64,000 nt of DNA, taken from an uncultured Candidatus Rokubacteria bacterium (GTDB lineage Bacteria > Methylomirabilota > Methylomirabilia > Rokubacteriales > DASRDR01). Below are positions 10,498-21,578 of this stretch, in pieces; the stretch's first letter is position 1; each line of letters begins with the position of its first letter. The stretch is from the NCBI GenBank assembly GCA_963826115.1, contig CAWGVS010000005.1, forward strand, positions 1,056,001 to 1,120,000, written 5' to 3'. A model generated the notes under the pieces. The model was not told where the DNA came from and searched no databases. It saw only the letters and a list, made by a program, of their open reading frames with translations. Both the position numbers and the translations under genes were made by a program.

Positions 10498-10597
10498 CCC
10501 ACCTCCCGACCGCCCCGCCCCGGGCGACCGGGGAATCGGGCTGGGCTCGGAGCGCCCAACGCACTAGCATCGGGTCTCGGCGGGACCCATTTCGCTT

Positions 10598-10846
10598 TTG
10601 TCGCTCCTCAGCGTCATCTTGGTGTGCCGGAACCCAGCGCCGCGAATCCGCCTCGCCCACGAAAGCCTGTGGGCGCAGGAGCCGAACCCGCCAGAGATCG
10701 TCGTGATCGACGGCGCGTCCCAGGGCGGCACCCGGGAGTGGCTCGAGCTCGAGCGGCCGCGCCTCTCCGCGCCGGTCTCCGAGCCGGACACCGGCTTGTA
10801 TGCGGCTGTGAACCGCGGTGTCGCGTTGGCGGGCGCGGACTGGGTA
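10598..10846 (+). pseudogene. glycosyltransferase family 2 N-terminal fragment
   Basis: LSVILVCRN...EIVVIDGASQGGT...SEPDTGLYAAVNRGVALAGADWV resembles the WcaE-like GT2 N-terminus; similarity ends just before the DxD region. Confidence 0.65.
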
Positions 10847-10884
10847 CCCCGGGCTATGCGTACCCGACGGCGAGACGACCACGC

Positions 10885-13800
10885 TCACTCGCGCAACTGA
10901 TGCAGTACCCTCTTGGCATCATCAAGGTCCGCTAGCGGGATCTCGCCGAACCAAGCGCAGATGGGCGCCAGCAGGTCGCGGGCCTTCAAAGCGTGCCCCT
11001 GATTGCGCCACATCGCGGCCAGGGTTGTAGCGATGCGCAGCTCAAATATGCGAGCCTCCTGTCCCCTGGCCACTGTCAATCCCCTGTGGAGGGCTGCCTC
11101 CGCCTCATCAAGATTCGATGAAGATACCAAGAGCTCAGCCTGCACACGGTATAGCTCGGCCTCCACGGATCGGACCCCAGTTCGCTCGACCATCTCGAGG
11201 AGATTTCCGATCAACGCCAGGCCATCCTCGACGCGGCCAGTTCGCTGGTACGCAGTTGCCAGCATTGCACCGTGGAATGGCAAATTCCACTGAGCTCCAG
11301 CGGCCTTGGCGCCTTCAATTCCGATCTGCAGCAGCGCGATTGCCTCCGCGAACCGACCCTCGAGTGCCATTGCCCATCCGCGATAGGTCGTCGCTTGTGC
11401 CTGCCAAAACTTCAGACTGTGCTCGATCGCAAGGGCATGTAGACGGTCCACATCCTGGACGAGACCTTTATGATCGAGCAAATGGCATTTGGTTCGGCAG
11501 CTTACGCCCAATGCAAATGCGACAGTGTGAGGATCCTGCAGCGAGCGAGCGCGTGTCATCGCCTCTTGCGCGCGTTCCTCAGCTGCCGACACATGGCCCT
11601 GCAGCGCAAGACAGACCGAAAGAAATGCAAGCGCTGCGGTCCTCACGTCCTCTCCAACGATGATAGGTCGGGATTGGGGACCAAGAATCCTGAGGGCCTC
11701 CTCAAAATGCGCGCTTGCGCCCCGAAGATCTCCAACATTAAGTAGACTGTCTCCGAGCGCGCGGTGAGCCATCATTTCGCCAGCCGCATCGCGCCGCCCA
11801 CGCGCAAACGCCAATAGTTCGTTCGCGGCCAATTGTGCCTGACGTACGTCCGCCCTAACGTGGTAGTGGACGAACCGCCCCGCGAGAATCTTTGGGAGTT
11901 GCGACGCGTCCTCCGTGAGTCGTGACAACTCATATGCACGAGCATATGCCGCGCCTGTCTCGCTCGCGCCGTGCCCCTTGGACGCGATACATGCGCCGCC
12001 AAGCGCAACTTGGAACTCTAGTTCTTGGCGCATGCGCGTCATCGTCGAAGGCAGTTGCTGCAGCAGATTGACCCCATTCGTGATATGCTTGACTGCTTCC
12101 GCATACGCCGAGGTGCTGACCGCCCGCTCACCAGCCTTGTGCCAGTAGTCGATGGCCGCATCAGGCAGATCCGCCTCAGCGTAATGGTGCGCCACGATCT
12201 CCGGCTCGATGTCTGCAGTCTCGGGAAAGTGCTCTACGAGCGTGCGGCCAATGAGGCCATGCAATTGCTGGCGACGACTTCGCACCAGACTCGCATAGGC
12301 GGCGTCCTGCACAAGCGCGTGCTTGAACTGATACGTGGCGTCGGGCGGAACGCCACGCTGGAAGATCAGCTCCGCGTGGACGAGTTGCGCCAGGGCGGCA
12401 TTCAGGTCCCTCGCCGGGAGCGCGGCGACAGCGGAGATCAGGGCGTAGGAGAACTCGCGGCCGATGGCGGCGCCGATCTGCGCCACGTCCTTCGCCGATG
12501 CCAGGCGGTCCAATCGTGCGAGGAGCGACGCATGCAGTGTCGAGGGAATGGCGAGCGGCGGCAATGGGCCCGTCAGCTCATAGCGGCCATCGGCTTCACG
12601 CAGCAGGCCACTTTCCAGGACCGTCATCGTCAGCTCTTCGATGAACAGGGGAACGCCGTCCGTGCGCGCCAAGATCTGATCGAGGAGCTCACGGGGCAGC
12701 GACTTACCGGTCACTCCGGCGATCAGCGCCTCGCCCTCGATCTTGTCGAGCCGGGTCAGGCCAATGCTCGATGTGTGCCGATGACTCGGCCAGGGCGGCG
12801 TGAATTCTGGGCGGGCCGTGGCCAGCATCAAGATCCGCGCGCTCTTGATCTGATCGATGGCCAGCGACAACAGCTCCAGCGACGTCGGGTCAATCCAGTG
12901 CAGAGTCCTCGAACACCATCAGCACAGGCCGGTGCGCGGCAAGTTGCTTCAGGTGGGCCAGGAGCGAACCTAGGGTGCGTTCCTTCATGCGCTGAGGCGT
13001 GACCTTCGGCAGGGGGTAGCGGTCGCCGCCAGGGATTGACAGCAGCGCCGCAAACAGCGGCATGTCTTCTGCGGGGTCTTCGCTCGATTGCCTCAGCAAC
13101 GCTTCGAGCTTGTCCAGCTTGGTCTGTGGAGCGTCATCTCGCTCGATACCGGCCGCCCGGATGAGCTGGCCAATGATCGGATACAGAGCACTGTCTTGAT
13201 GGTAGGGCGAGCAGTGGTACAGCAGCCGCGTGTAGGGCTCCGACCTGAGACGCTCCTGCAGGGCCCGCGTCAGCCGCGACTTGCCAATACCCGGTTCACC
13301 GGTCACCAGTACGACGCGCCCTTCCCCTCGCTTGGCCTGCTCCCACCGGCGCCATAGCAGATCGAGCTCCTCATCGCGCCCCAGAAGCCGAGAGCCCATG
13401 GCGGCACGTCGTACCTCGAAGCGGTTCTCGATCTTGCTTGGCTTGATGACCTGGCGCACGAGCAAAGGCTCGCCAAATCCCTTCAGCGTCTGCGAGCCGA
13501 GATCGCGGTATTCGAACAGTGCCCCGACCAACCGATGCGTCTCGGGCGCGATGACGACTGTATTGGGCTCGGCGAGCGACTGCAGGCGGGCCGCGAGGTT
13601 GGTCGTCTCGCCAATCGCGGCGTTCTCCTGCGTCACGCCCTCGCGGCCAAGATCACCGACGACAACCACACCTGAGGCGATGCCGATGCGCGCCTGCAGG
13701 GTCACACCGGGAGCCGCTTGCACGGTTCCCACAGCATCCAGGATTGCGAGCCCGGCCCGCACCGCACGTTCCGCGTCATCCTCGTGCGCAGCGGGATATC

Positions 13801-14218
13801 CGAAGTAGGCGAGCACTCCGTCTCCGAGATACTGCGCGACCATCCCGTCCAGACTCTTGATCTCATTGGCGCAGCAGGTCTGGAATGCACTCACGACATC
13901 GCGCTGCTCCTCGGGATCGAGTCGGGTCGAGAGAGCGCTCGACCCCACCATGTCGCAGAACATGATCGTGAGCTGGCGACGTTCAGCCGAGGAGGCCGGA
14001 GTGACCGGCGCGGTTGGACGCGGGCCTGTCGACGGTGCCATCGCTGGCTTGCTTGGAGCGAGACCAACCCCGCACTCGGAACAGAACCGAGCCTGAGCTG
14101 AATTGGCATGCCCACAGGCAGGGCAAACACGCGGGAGTGGCGAGCCGCAGTGCTCGCAAAACTTGCCGCCTTCTCTCAGGCGTGAGTTACAGGTTGGGCA
14201 CTGCATCGCCGTTCCCAC
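10885..14218 (-). CDS. double zinc ribbon + class III nucleotidyl cyclase + AAA_16 (STAND) + TPR protein; +1 frameshift near 12904
   Basis: CPTC..CEHC..CPAC..CSEC; FCDMVGS, LGDGVL, TNLAARL; GEPGIGKS. Removing one base gives FEDLHWIDPTSLELL and joins ORFs 12890..14218 and 10885..12870. Confidence 0.85.
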
Positions 14219-14370
14219 AATTGCTCCGGGTCAGCCTAGCACCATGACGACATCGTCAGGGCAGCCTGGGCGACCGCGGGCCGGGCCACGGCCGGGAGAC
14301 TGCTCACCAGAATGATTGCCGCGAAGGTGCGGAGGTCAGCATGCAGGGGTCTTCGAGAACCGTCGTCGAG

Positions 14371-14414
14371 GCCCCGCCCGCCGGGTAGAGGGTTACCTAC
14401 CGGCGGGCGGGGGC
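14371..14414. terminator. GC-rich hairpin downstream of the peptide ABC operon
   Basis: ccccgcccgccgg ... ccggcgggcgggg inverted repeat just past the SBP stop codon. Confidence 0.55.
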
Positions 14415-14419
14415 GGTCT

Positions 14420-16159
14420 TCAGCTCCGCTCGACCATGTAGAGGTGGGCCAGCATGTCGTTGTAGATGTTCCCCTCGATCACCTGCTCGCCCGCCTTGTT
14501 CTTCTCGATGCCCCGCACGGACGGCTTGGAGACCGCATAGCGCACGACCCAGGTGACCGGGACGTAGCCGCCGTCGCTCTGGAGGATCTCCTCGGCGCGG
14601 GCGTAGTTCTCGAGCCGCTTCTTCGTATCGCGCGTGTCACGGCCGGCCTCGAGCTCCTTGTCGAACGCCTCGTTCCCCCACGCCTGGCGCTTGCCCGTCG
14701 TCCGCTTCGAGTAGAACGTGTCGAAGTACTCGTTGTGGGGATCCGGGTAGTCCATGAACCAGCGGATCCAGACGAGCTGGAGATCCTGCTTCCAGAGCCG
14801 CTCCCGGAAGACGCGCTGCTCCAGCACCTCGAGCTCGGTCTTCATGTTGAGGTTTTCGAGAAGGATGGCCTGGACCGCCTCGGCCATGGGCTGGGACTGG
14901 AGCGCCTCCTGTCGCATCGACAGCACGATCTTCGGCCAGTTCTTCCCGCCCTCGTACGGCGTCCCCTTGAGCGCCGCCATCGCGAGCTTCGGGTCGAACC
15001 GCTGGACGTCGCGGATCTTCTTGTCCTCGAGATAGCCGGGAAAGCCCGGCGGAATCATGCAATGGGCGGGCAGCGCGAAGCCCTGGGCGACCTTGGCGAC
15101 GGACTCTCGATCCACCGCGTGCCCCAGCGCCTTCCGAACCTGCAAGTTGTCGAAGGGCGGCTTGGTGACCTGGGGGGTGAGGTACCACGTCCCCGGATAC
15201 GGGTAGCGGAACACCTCGCCGGCGGTCTTCGGATTGTCCCGGAAGCGCTTCAGGTCGGCGGCCTGAAGGATCGTGAGGTCGATCTCGTTGTTCTCGTAGG
15301 GCAGGACCCCGGCCGCGAACGGGATGATCGGGATGATCACCTTCTCGAGGGTGACCTCCTTGGCCCCGAAGAAGTGCGGGTTCTTCTTGAGGACCATGTG
15401 CTTGCCGTGCTCCCACGTCTCGAGGACGAACGGTCCGTTGGAGACGATGTTCCCCGGCTCGGTCCACTTGTCGCCGTGCTTCTCGATGGCGCCCTTATGA
15501 CCCGGGAACGCCGCCAGGTAGGCGGAGAGCACCGGGAAGTAGCCGCGCGGTCCCTCGAGCGTGACCTCGAGCGTCCAATCGTCCTTGGCCTTGACGCCGA
15601 CCTGCCCGGCATCGGTGACCTGCCCCTTGTTGAACGCCTCGCCGTTCTTGATGTCGTACAGGAACGCGGCGTAGGGTGCCTTCGTGGCCGGATCGAGCTG
15701 GCGCTTCCAGGAGTACTCGAAGTCGCGCGCGGTGCACGGGCTGTTGTCGGACCACTTGGAGTCCTTCCGGATCGAGAAGGTCCACATCGACCCGTCGCTG
15801 TTCGACGTGACCTTGCTCGCGACGGACGGCACCGCCTGGAAGTCCGCGTTGAACTTCATGAGCCCGGCCCAGAGGGACGAAACCCCGTTGCAGTACAGAT
15901 CCTTGTTGAAGTCGTGGCTCGAGGGATCCACCTGCGAGAACGCGAAACCGCCGCCTCCGTACCGGAACGTTTGCTCCTTGGCGAGCTTCTCGCCCGGCGC
16001 AAGCGTCGGTGCCGAGGACGCCGGCCTGGGATTGAAGCCGGCCGCCCCCATGGCGGCCAGCCCGGCGGCGATCCGGAGGAAACCGCGGCGATCGACGCCG
16101 GCGGCGCCCAGGCGCGCGGCCAGGAGATCCAGCTCTCGGTCGGGAACCGGTCGCCTCAT
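14420..16159 (-). CDS. peptide ABC transporter substrate-binding protein (OppA-like, Tat signal)
   Basis: DRRGFL twin-arginine motif, KWSD..TARDFEYSWKR, SNGPFVL, VRKALGHAVDR. Confidence 0.9.
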   Translation of the reverse strand: MRRPVPDRELDLLAARLGAAGVDRRGFLRIAAGLAAMGAAGFNPRPASSAPTLAPGEKLAKEQTFRYGGGGFAFSQVDPSSHDFNKDLYCNGVSSLWAGLMKFNADFQAVPSVASKVTSNSDGSMWTFSIRKDSKWSDNSPCTARDFEYSWKRQLDPATKAPYAAFLYDIKNGEAFNKGQVTDAGQVGVKAKDDWTLEVTLEGPRGYFPVLSAYLAAFPGHKGAIEKHGDKWTEPGNIVSNGPFVLETWEHGKHMVLKKNPHFFGAKEVTLEKVIIPIIPFAAGVLPYENNEIDLTILQAADLKRFRDNPKTAGEVFRYPYPGTWYLTPQVTKPPFDNLQVRKALGHAVDRESVAKVAQGFALPAHCMIPPGFPGYLEDKKIRDVQRFDPKLAMAALKGTPYEGGKNWPKIVLSMRQEALQSQPMAEAVQAILLENLNMKTELEVLEQRVFRERLWKQDLQLVWIRWFMDYPDPHNEYFDTFYSKRTTGKRQAWGNEAFDKELEAGRDTRDTKKRLENYARAEEILQSDGGYVPVTWVVRYAVSKPSVRGIEKNKAGEQVIEGNIYNDMLAHLYMVERS

Positions 16160-16316
16160 CAGGTGCCTCCTTTGTGGGAGCCAGCCCGCCTGGCACGCGC
16201 GGCGGGTGTCGGCTCGCGGTTATCCACGCCGAGGCCCGCGGCTCGCATGCCCGGGCCGGGCGGCGTCCCCCTGAACGTCCGGTTATCGGCGACCCGCCTC
16301 CCGCGAGGCGCCGCCG

Positions 16317-17249
16317 CTACTTCAGCTTGGGGTCCAGGGCGTCCCGGACCCCGTCACCCAGAAACGTGAACGACAGCATCGTGACGCCAATGGCGATGGA
16401 CGGGAACACGCAGAGGTGCCAGTACGTCCGGAGGTACTGCTGTCCCTCCCCCACCATCTGACCCCAGGACGGCGTCGGGGGATTGATACCCACGCCGATG
16501 AACGAAAGCGCGGCCTCCGTGAAGATCGCCTGGGGGATCCCGAACGTGATGGCGACGATGATCGGGGTGAGCGCGCTCGGAAGGATGTGACGCAGCAGCA
16601 CGCGACGGAACCCCCCGCCGAGGGCGCGGGCGCCCTCGACGAACTCCTTCTCCTTGATGGCAAGCACCTGGGCGCGCGTCTGCCGGGCGATGCCGACCCA
16701 CCCGGTGAGGCCGATCGCGATGAAGATGTTGACGAGGCCCGCGCCCAGCATGGACATGACGAGGATCACGAACAGCAGATTGGGAAAAGCGTACATGACG
16801 TCCACGAAGCGCATCAGCACGAGGTCCACGCGGCCCCCCAGGTAGCCGGACAGGGAGCCGATCGGCACGCCGATCAGCACGACGATCAGCTGGGCGCCCA
16901 ACCCGACCAGCATCGACACGCGAGCCCCATAGATGATCCGGGAGAGGAGGTCGCGTCCGACGTGATCGGTGCCGAGCGGGTAGTCGCGCGAGGGCCCTTC
17001 GTTCAGACGGGCGAAGTTCGTCTTCGTGTAGGGCAACGGGGCGAGGACGTCCGCCAGCAGCGCGACGAGGCACAAGATGAGGACGACGATTCCGCCCGCC
17101 ACCGCCAGCCGGTTGCGCAGGAGACGCCGGAAGGCGTCCCGCCAGAGGCTCGACGACTCGGCTCGCGCGAGGCCCGCGGCCCGCGCGGCGTCGAGGACCG
17201 CCCCGGTCCGAAGGCTACTGGTACCGGATGCGGGGGTCGAGAGTGCCAT
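16317..17249 (-). CDS. peptide ABC transporter permease (OppC/DppC-like)
   Basis: LGTDHVGRDLLSRIIYGARVS, EFVEGARALG, PPTPSWG. Confidence 0.9.
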   Translation of the reverse strand: MALSTPASGTSSLRTGAVLDAARAAGLARAESSSLWRDAFRRLLRNRLAVAGGIVVLILCLVALLADVLAPLPYTKTNFARLNEGPSRDYPLGTDHVGRDLLSRIIYGARVSMLVGLGAQLIVVLIGVPIGSLSGYLGGRVDLVLMRFVDVMYAFPNLLFVILVMSMLGAGLVNIFIAIGLTGWVGIARQTRAQVLAIKEKEFVEGARALGGGFRRVLLRHILPSALTPIIVAITFGIPQAIFTEAALSFIGVGINPPTPSWGQMVGEGQQYLRTYWHLCVFPSIAIGVTMLSFTFLGDGVRDALDPKLK

Positions 17250-18145
17250 AGACGAGGTCGACGACGAGGTTCATCGTCGCGAGGAACGCGCCGTACACGA
17301 GAACGACGGCCATGATCATGGGATAGTCGCGGCCGGTCATCGAGAGCACGAAGAACTGTCCCATGCCTGGCACCCGGAAGATGGCCTCCACGAAGAACGA
17401 GCCGGTGCCGACGGCGGCGAACAAGGGGCCCAGGAGCGTCACGATCGGGATCAGCGCGTTCTTCAGAGCGTGCTTGAAGATCACCGGCGGCTCAGCGAGC
17501 CCCTTCGCGCGCGCGGTGAGCGTGAAATCCGACCGGATGACCTCGAGCATGCTGGCGCGCGTGTACCGGGCGACCAGGCCCATGGGGGCCAGCGACAGAG
17601 TGAGTGGTCGGCAGGACCCAGTTGCGGGGTGAGTCCCACCCCCCGGTCGGGAAGAGCGGGATGACGAACGAGAACATCACGATGGCGAAGACGGCCAGGA
17701 CGAAGTTCGGCACGGCCACGCCGAACGTCGCGACGCAGACCGACACGTAGTCCCAGGCCCGGTTCTGGTGCATGGCGGCCAGGATGCCGAGCGCCAGTCC
17801 TCCGACGACAGCCAGGACGAAGGCCATCGTGCCCAGCCAGAGCGAAACGGGGAACGTCTGGGCGATGATCTCGCTGACCGTTCGGGTCTTGTAGACAAAC
17901 GACTGGCCGAAGTCCCCTCGGGCGGCCTTGCCGACGAAGATGAGGAACTGCTGGTAGAGCGGCCGGTCGAGGCCGTAGGCCTTGGCGAGGTTTTTCTGGG
18001 CCTCGGGAGGCAGAGGATTTGCGCCTTCTGCCACGGGATCGAGCGGACTTCCTGGCGTCGCATGCATCACCAGGAAGGTCACGAGCGCCATGGCCAGGAG
18101 CGTCGGGGCCAGCCACAGGACGCGAGACGCCGCGTATTGGAGCAC
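17215..18145 (-). CDS. peptide ABC transporter permease (OppB/DppB-like); +1 frameshift near 17605
   Basis: YGLDRPLYQQF, GDFGQS; removing one base gives WVLPTLTLSLAPMGLVARYTRASM...TARAKGL...RDYPMI. Confidence 0.85.
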
Positions 18146-18303
18146 CCGAATCCCCCCAGGGGTGCCCTACTATCGGGTGCGGTCCGGAGGGAGTCAAGAG
18201 GTCCGTCGCGTCGGCCACGGCCCCGGAGGTCCTCGACAGTCACGTGGCGCGCGCCTGGCGCGTCGGCGGGCGCCGTGGTAGGAGTGTCGCGAGAGGGATC
18301 TCG

Positions 18304-19125
18304 GTGAACGTCACGCTTCTCGGAACCGGATGCCCGCCGCCGAATCCGGCCCGTCGTGGCCCCGCGACCCTCGTTCGCGCCGGCGCGGAGACGCTCCTCG
18401 TGGATGCCGGATCCGGGGTGGCCGTGCAGCTGCTCCGCGCCGGGGTCCGGGCGAGCCAGCTCCAGCGTGTCCTGCTCACCCATTTGCACTCCGACCACGT
18501 CATCGACCTCGGCCATCTCGTGCTGACCCGCTGGATCGTCGGCGAGAACACGCCGCTCGAGGTGTTCGGCCCGGCCGGCACGGCCGCCCACGTGGAGCGG
18601 CTCCTCGCTCTCTGGGCCTGGGACGTCGAGGTCCGGCGCTCGCACATGCGCGAGCGCGAGCCGCCCCGCGTGCGCGTGACGGAGATCGAGGAGGGCCTGG
18701 TGTTCGAGCGGGACGGCGTGCGCGTCACCGCGTTCCTCGTGGAGCACGAGCCCGTGAAACCCGCGTTCGGGTTTCGCTTCGACGCGCCCGGCCGCCGCGT
18801 CGTGATCTCGGGGGACACGCGGCCCTCGGAGAACCTGATCCGGCACGCGCAGCAGGCGGACCTCCTGATCCACGAGTGCACCGACATGACCTTCGCGGCG
18901 TGGACGCCCGGGTGCGGCTGGCCGACGCGAGAGGCGAAGGTGCGCGACCTGCAGGCCTATCACACGGGACCGGACGAGGTCGGCGCGGTTGCAGCCGAGG
19001 CTCGCGCGCGCCATCTGGTGCTCACGCACCTGATGCCGGGCTCCGAGCCCGGTGACCTGATCGATCGAGCCCGCGCGCGCTTCGCCGGTCCGATCACGGT
19101 CGGCGAGGACCTCGCCGCGCTGTAG
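18304..19125 (+). CDS. MBL-fold metallo-hydrolase (RNase Z/BN-like)
   Basis: LLGTGCP, THLHSDH, SGDT, LLIHEC, YHT, LVLTH. Confidence 0.88.
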   Translation: MNVTLLGTGCPPPNPARRGPATLVRAGAETLLVDAGSGVAVQLLRAGVRASQLQRVLLTHLHSDHVIDLGHLVLTRWIVGENTPLEVFGPAGTAAHVERLLALWAWDVEVRRSHMREREPPRVRVTEIEEGLVFERDGVRVTAFLVEHEPVKPAFGFRFDAPGRRVVISGDTRPSENLIRHAQQADLLIHECTDMTFAAWTPGCGWPTREAKVRDLQAYHTGPDEVGAVAAEARARHLVLTHLMPGSEPGDLIDRARARFAGPITVGEDLAAL

Positions 19126-19539
19126 GCGCGGAGGGCCTACGCCGAGCGCTCGCGGTTACGGCGCCTCCGGCCCCTCAGATGTCACGGCCAGCGCTTTGGG
19201 CCCCCCGCGCGCCCGGCCTCCGCCTCCTCGACAAAGACCCGCGCGTCCGCACGTAGGCCGTCCCAGCCACGTTTCTGTATCCCCTCCCCCGTCCCCCGCT
19301 CGCGGGCGCGCGGCATCGGCCGCGCACCCGAACAACAGCGCGGCGCAGCCGCGTCGGAGGGCGAGGGGGTCAGGACGTGAGGCCCGGAACCCGACCGACA
19401 GGTCCCGCGTGCAGAGTGCGTTCGATGAGCTAGGAGGCCGCCTAGCGTCCGACCCGTGCTTCCTGGTAGGGTCAGGCTGGCGTTCCCCTCGGAATGGCAG
19501 CCGCGTCCCACTGGCCTCAGTCGACGGAAGGATTCATCG

Positions 19540-20529
19540 ATGCTCGCCCGGCTCATGGCCGCGACCATCCTCGCCCTGGCCCTCCTCGCCGCGCCGCTCG
19601 CCGTTGCGGCACAGCCGGCGGGGAAAGGCCACCGGATCGGCTTTCTGGGCGTGGGCTCGCGCGAGGGCCGGGCGTTCTTGATTGACGGCTTTCTCCAGGG
19701 GCTGCGCGAGCACGGCTACGTCGAGGGCCGAAACATCTTCATCGAGTACCGCTTCTCCGAGGACCGCAACGATCGGCTGCCCGCGCTCGCGGCGGAACTG
19801 GTCGATCAGAAGGTGGAGCTCATCCTGGCGTCCGGTACCCCGGCGAGCTTTGCGGCCAGGCAGGCCACCCGTACGATTCCGATCGTCATGGGAAGCCTGG
19901 CCGCCAATCCGGTCGAGACCGGCCTCATCGTCAGCCTGGCGCGGCCCGGTGGCAACATCACCGGGATGACGCAGATGGCCGCGCAGCTCGGCGGGAAGCG
20001 GCTGGAGCTGCTCAAGGAGACCGTGCCGGGTCTGTCGCGCGTGGCTGTCTTCTGGAATCCCGACAACCCCGCCTACGGGCCCATCCTGAAAGAGCTCGAG
20101 GCGGCGGCCCCCGTGCTGGGGGTGGAGCTTCGCCGCGTGGAGGTGCGAGTTCCCGAGGATTTCGAGGCCGCCTTTCAGGGCGCGACCAGGCAGCGTGCCG
20201 GGGCGCTGATCGTCCCCAGCGACCCCCTGGTCACCAACCGGCCCCGCACGGTCGCGGACCTGGCGCTCAGATATCGACTGCCAACGATGTTCGAGAACAA
20301 GGAGTTCACGGAAGTCGGGGGCCTCCTGTCTCTCGGGGTTGACCTCGTCGACTCGTACCGGCGCGCCGCGAGCCATGTGGACAAGATCCTGAAGGGGGCC
20401 AAGCCCGGCGACCTGCCGATGGAGCAGCCCACGAAGTTCGACCTGTTCGTCAACCTGAAGACAGCCAAGGCCCTCGGCCTCACGATCCCGCCGTCGGTGC
20501 TCGCGCGGGCGGACGAGATACTTAAGTGA
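19540..20529 (+). CDS. ABC_sub_bind-type substrate-binding protein (orphan, copy 1)
   Basis: GYVEGRNI, SLARPGGNITG, KRLELLKE, DLPMEQPTKFDL, LGLTIPPSVLARADEI. Confidence 0.88.
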   Translation: MLARLMAATILALALLAAPLAVAAQPAGKGHRIGFLGVGSREGRAFLIDGFLQGLREHGYVEGRNIFIEYRFSEDRNDRLPALAAELVDQKVELILASGTPASFAARQATRTIPIVMGSLAANPVETGLIVSLARPGGNITGMTQMAAQLGGKRLELLKETVPGLSRVAVFWNPDNPAYGPILKELEAAAPVLGVELRRVEVRVPEDFEAAFQGATRQRAGALIVPSDPLVTNRPRTVADLALRYRLPTMFENKEFTEVGGLLSLGVDLVDSYRRAASHVDKILKGAKPGDLPMEQPTKFDLFVNLKTAKALGLTIPPSVLARADEILK

Positions 20530-21509
20530 TGGACCGGCGAGCCTTCGTTGCTGGCACCCTGACCCTCCTCGCCGCGCCGCTCGCCACGGAGGCGCAGCCG
20601 GCGGGTAAGGTCTTCCGGATCGGCGTGCTCAGCCCGGGCTTGGCCCAAGGCTCGTTGGTCGAGATGGCGGCCCTCCGGACCGGGCTCGGCGAGGTCGGGT
20701 ACGTCGAGGGCCAGAACATCCGCATCGACTGGCAATTTGCCGAGGGCAGCCCTCAGCGGCTGAACGAGCTCGCGGCCGAGCTCGTCCGTCTCAAGCCTGA
20801 CGTGATCTTCACGATCAACACCCCCGCCGCGGCGGCCGCCAAGAGCGCGACCAGCACGATGCCCATCGTCTTCGTGAGAGTCAGCGATCCCATCGGGGCG
20901 GGGCTGGTCCCGAGCCTGGCGCGGCCGGGAGGGAACGTGACGGGCCTGGCTTCGTTCGTGGCCGAGATGGGCCCGAAACGCCTGGAGCTTCTCAAGCAGG
21001 CCATTCCGCGCCTCTCCCGGGTCGCTGTGCTCTGGAATGCTCCGAGCAAGGGCGCGCAGCTGGTATTCACGGAGCTCAAGGCGGCGGGTCCCCGCCTCGG
21101 CGTGCAGATCCAAGACGCGGGCGTGCGAGACCCGAATGAGCTGGCGGGCGTCTTCGGCGCCGCGGCCGAGGCACGGGCCAGTGCCCTGGTCGTGATCGAT
21201 GACCTGGTGATCGATTCATACCGGACCGAGATCCTGGCCCTGGCCGCGAAGCACCGGCTCGGGGTGGCCTCCATATATCGGGAGTACACGAACGCGGGGG
21301 GTCTCATGGCCTACGGTCCCAGCCTGTCGGATACGTATCGGCGCGCCGCGACCTACGTCGACAGGATTCTCCGCGGCGCCAGGCCGGCCGATCTTCCAGT
21401 CCAGCAACCCGCAAAGTTTGACTTCGTGATCAACCTCAAGACCGCCAAGACCCTCGGCCTGACGATCCCGCCCTCACTGCTCGCGCGGGCGGATGAGGTC
21501 ATTCAGTGA
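20529..21509 (+). CDS. ABC_sub_bind-type substrate-binding protein (orphan, copy 2)
   Basis: MDRRAFV start overlapping the upstream stop; same family motifs; ends IPPSLLARADEVIQ. Confidence 0.88.
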   Translation: MDRRAFVAGTLTLLAAPLATEAQPAGKVFRIGVLSPGLAQGSLVEMAALRTGLGEVGYVEGQNIRIDWQFAEGSPQRLNELAAELVRLKPDVIFTINTPAAAAAKSATSTMPIVFVRVSDPIGAGLVPSLARPGGNVTGLASFVAEMGPKRLELLKQAIPRLSRVAVLWNAPSKGAQLVFTELKAAGPRLGVQIQDAGVRDPNELAGVFGAAAEARASALVVIDDLVIDSYRTEILALAAKHRLGVASIYREYTNAGGLMAYGPSLSDTYRRAATYVDRILRGARPADLPVQQPAKFDFVINLKTAKTLGLTIPPSLLARADEVIQ

Positions 21510-21578
21510 CCAGCAGGGCGCGCTTCTTGCTGGGGCGATCCCATCGCAGCCAGTCTCGCCTGAGTAAGGCATTGTCTC

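Noticed and set aside
1446-18145. Sugar and peptide ABC clusters lacking ATPase genes
   Set aside because: Sharing of ATPases encoded elsewhere is common; not unusual
19126-19539. Minus-strand ORF 19182..19568 or left boundary of the accessory region
   Set aside because: No recognisable family and no copy of the att core
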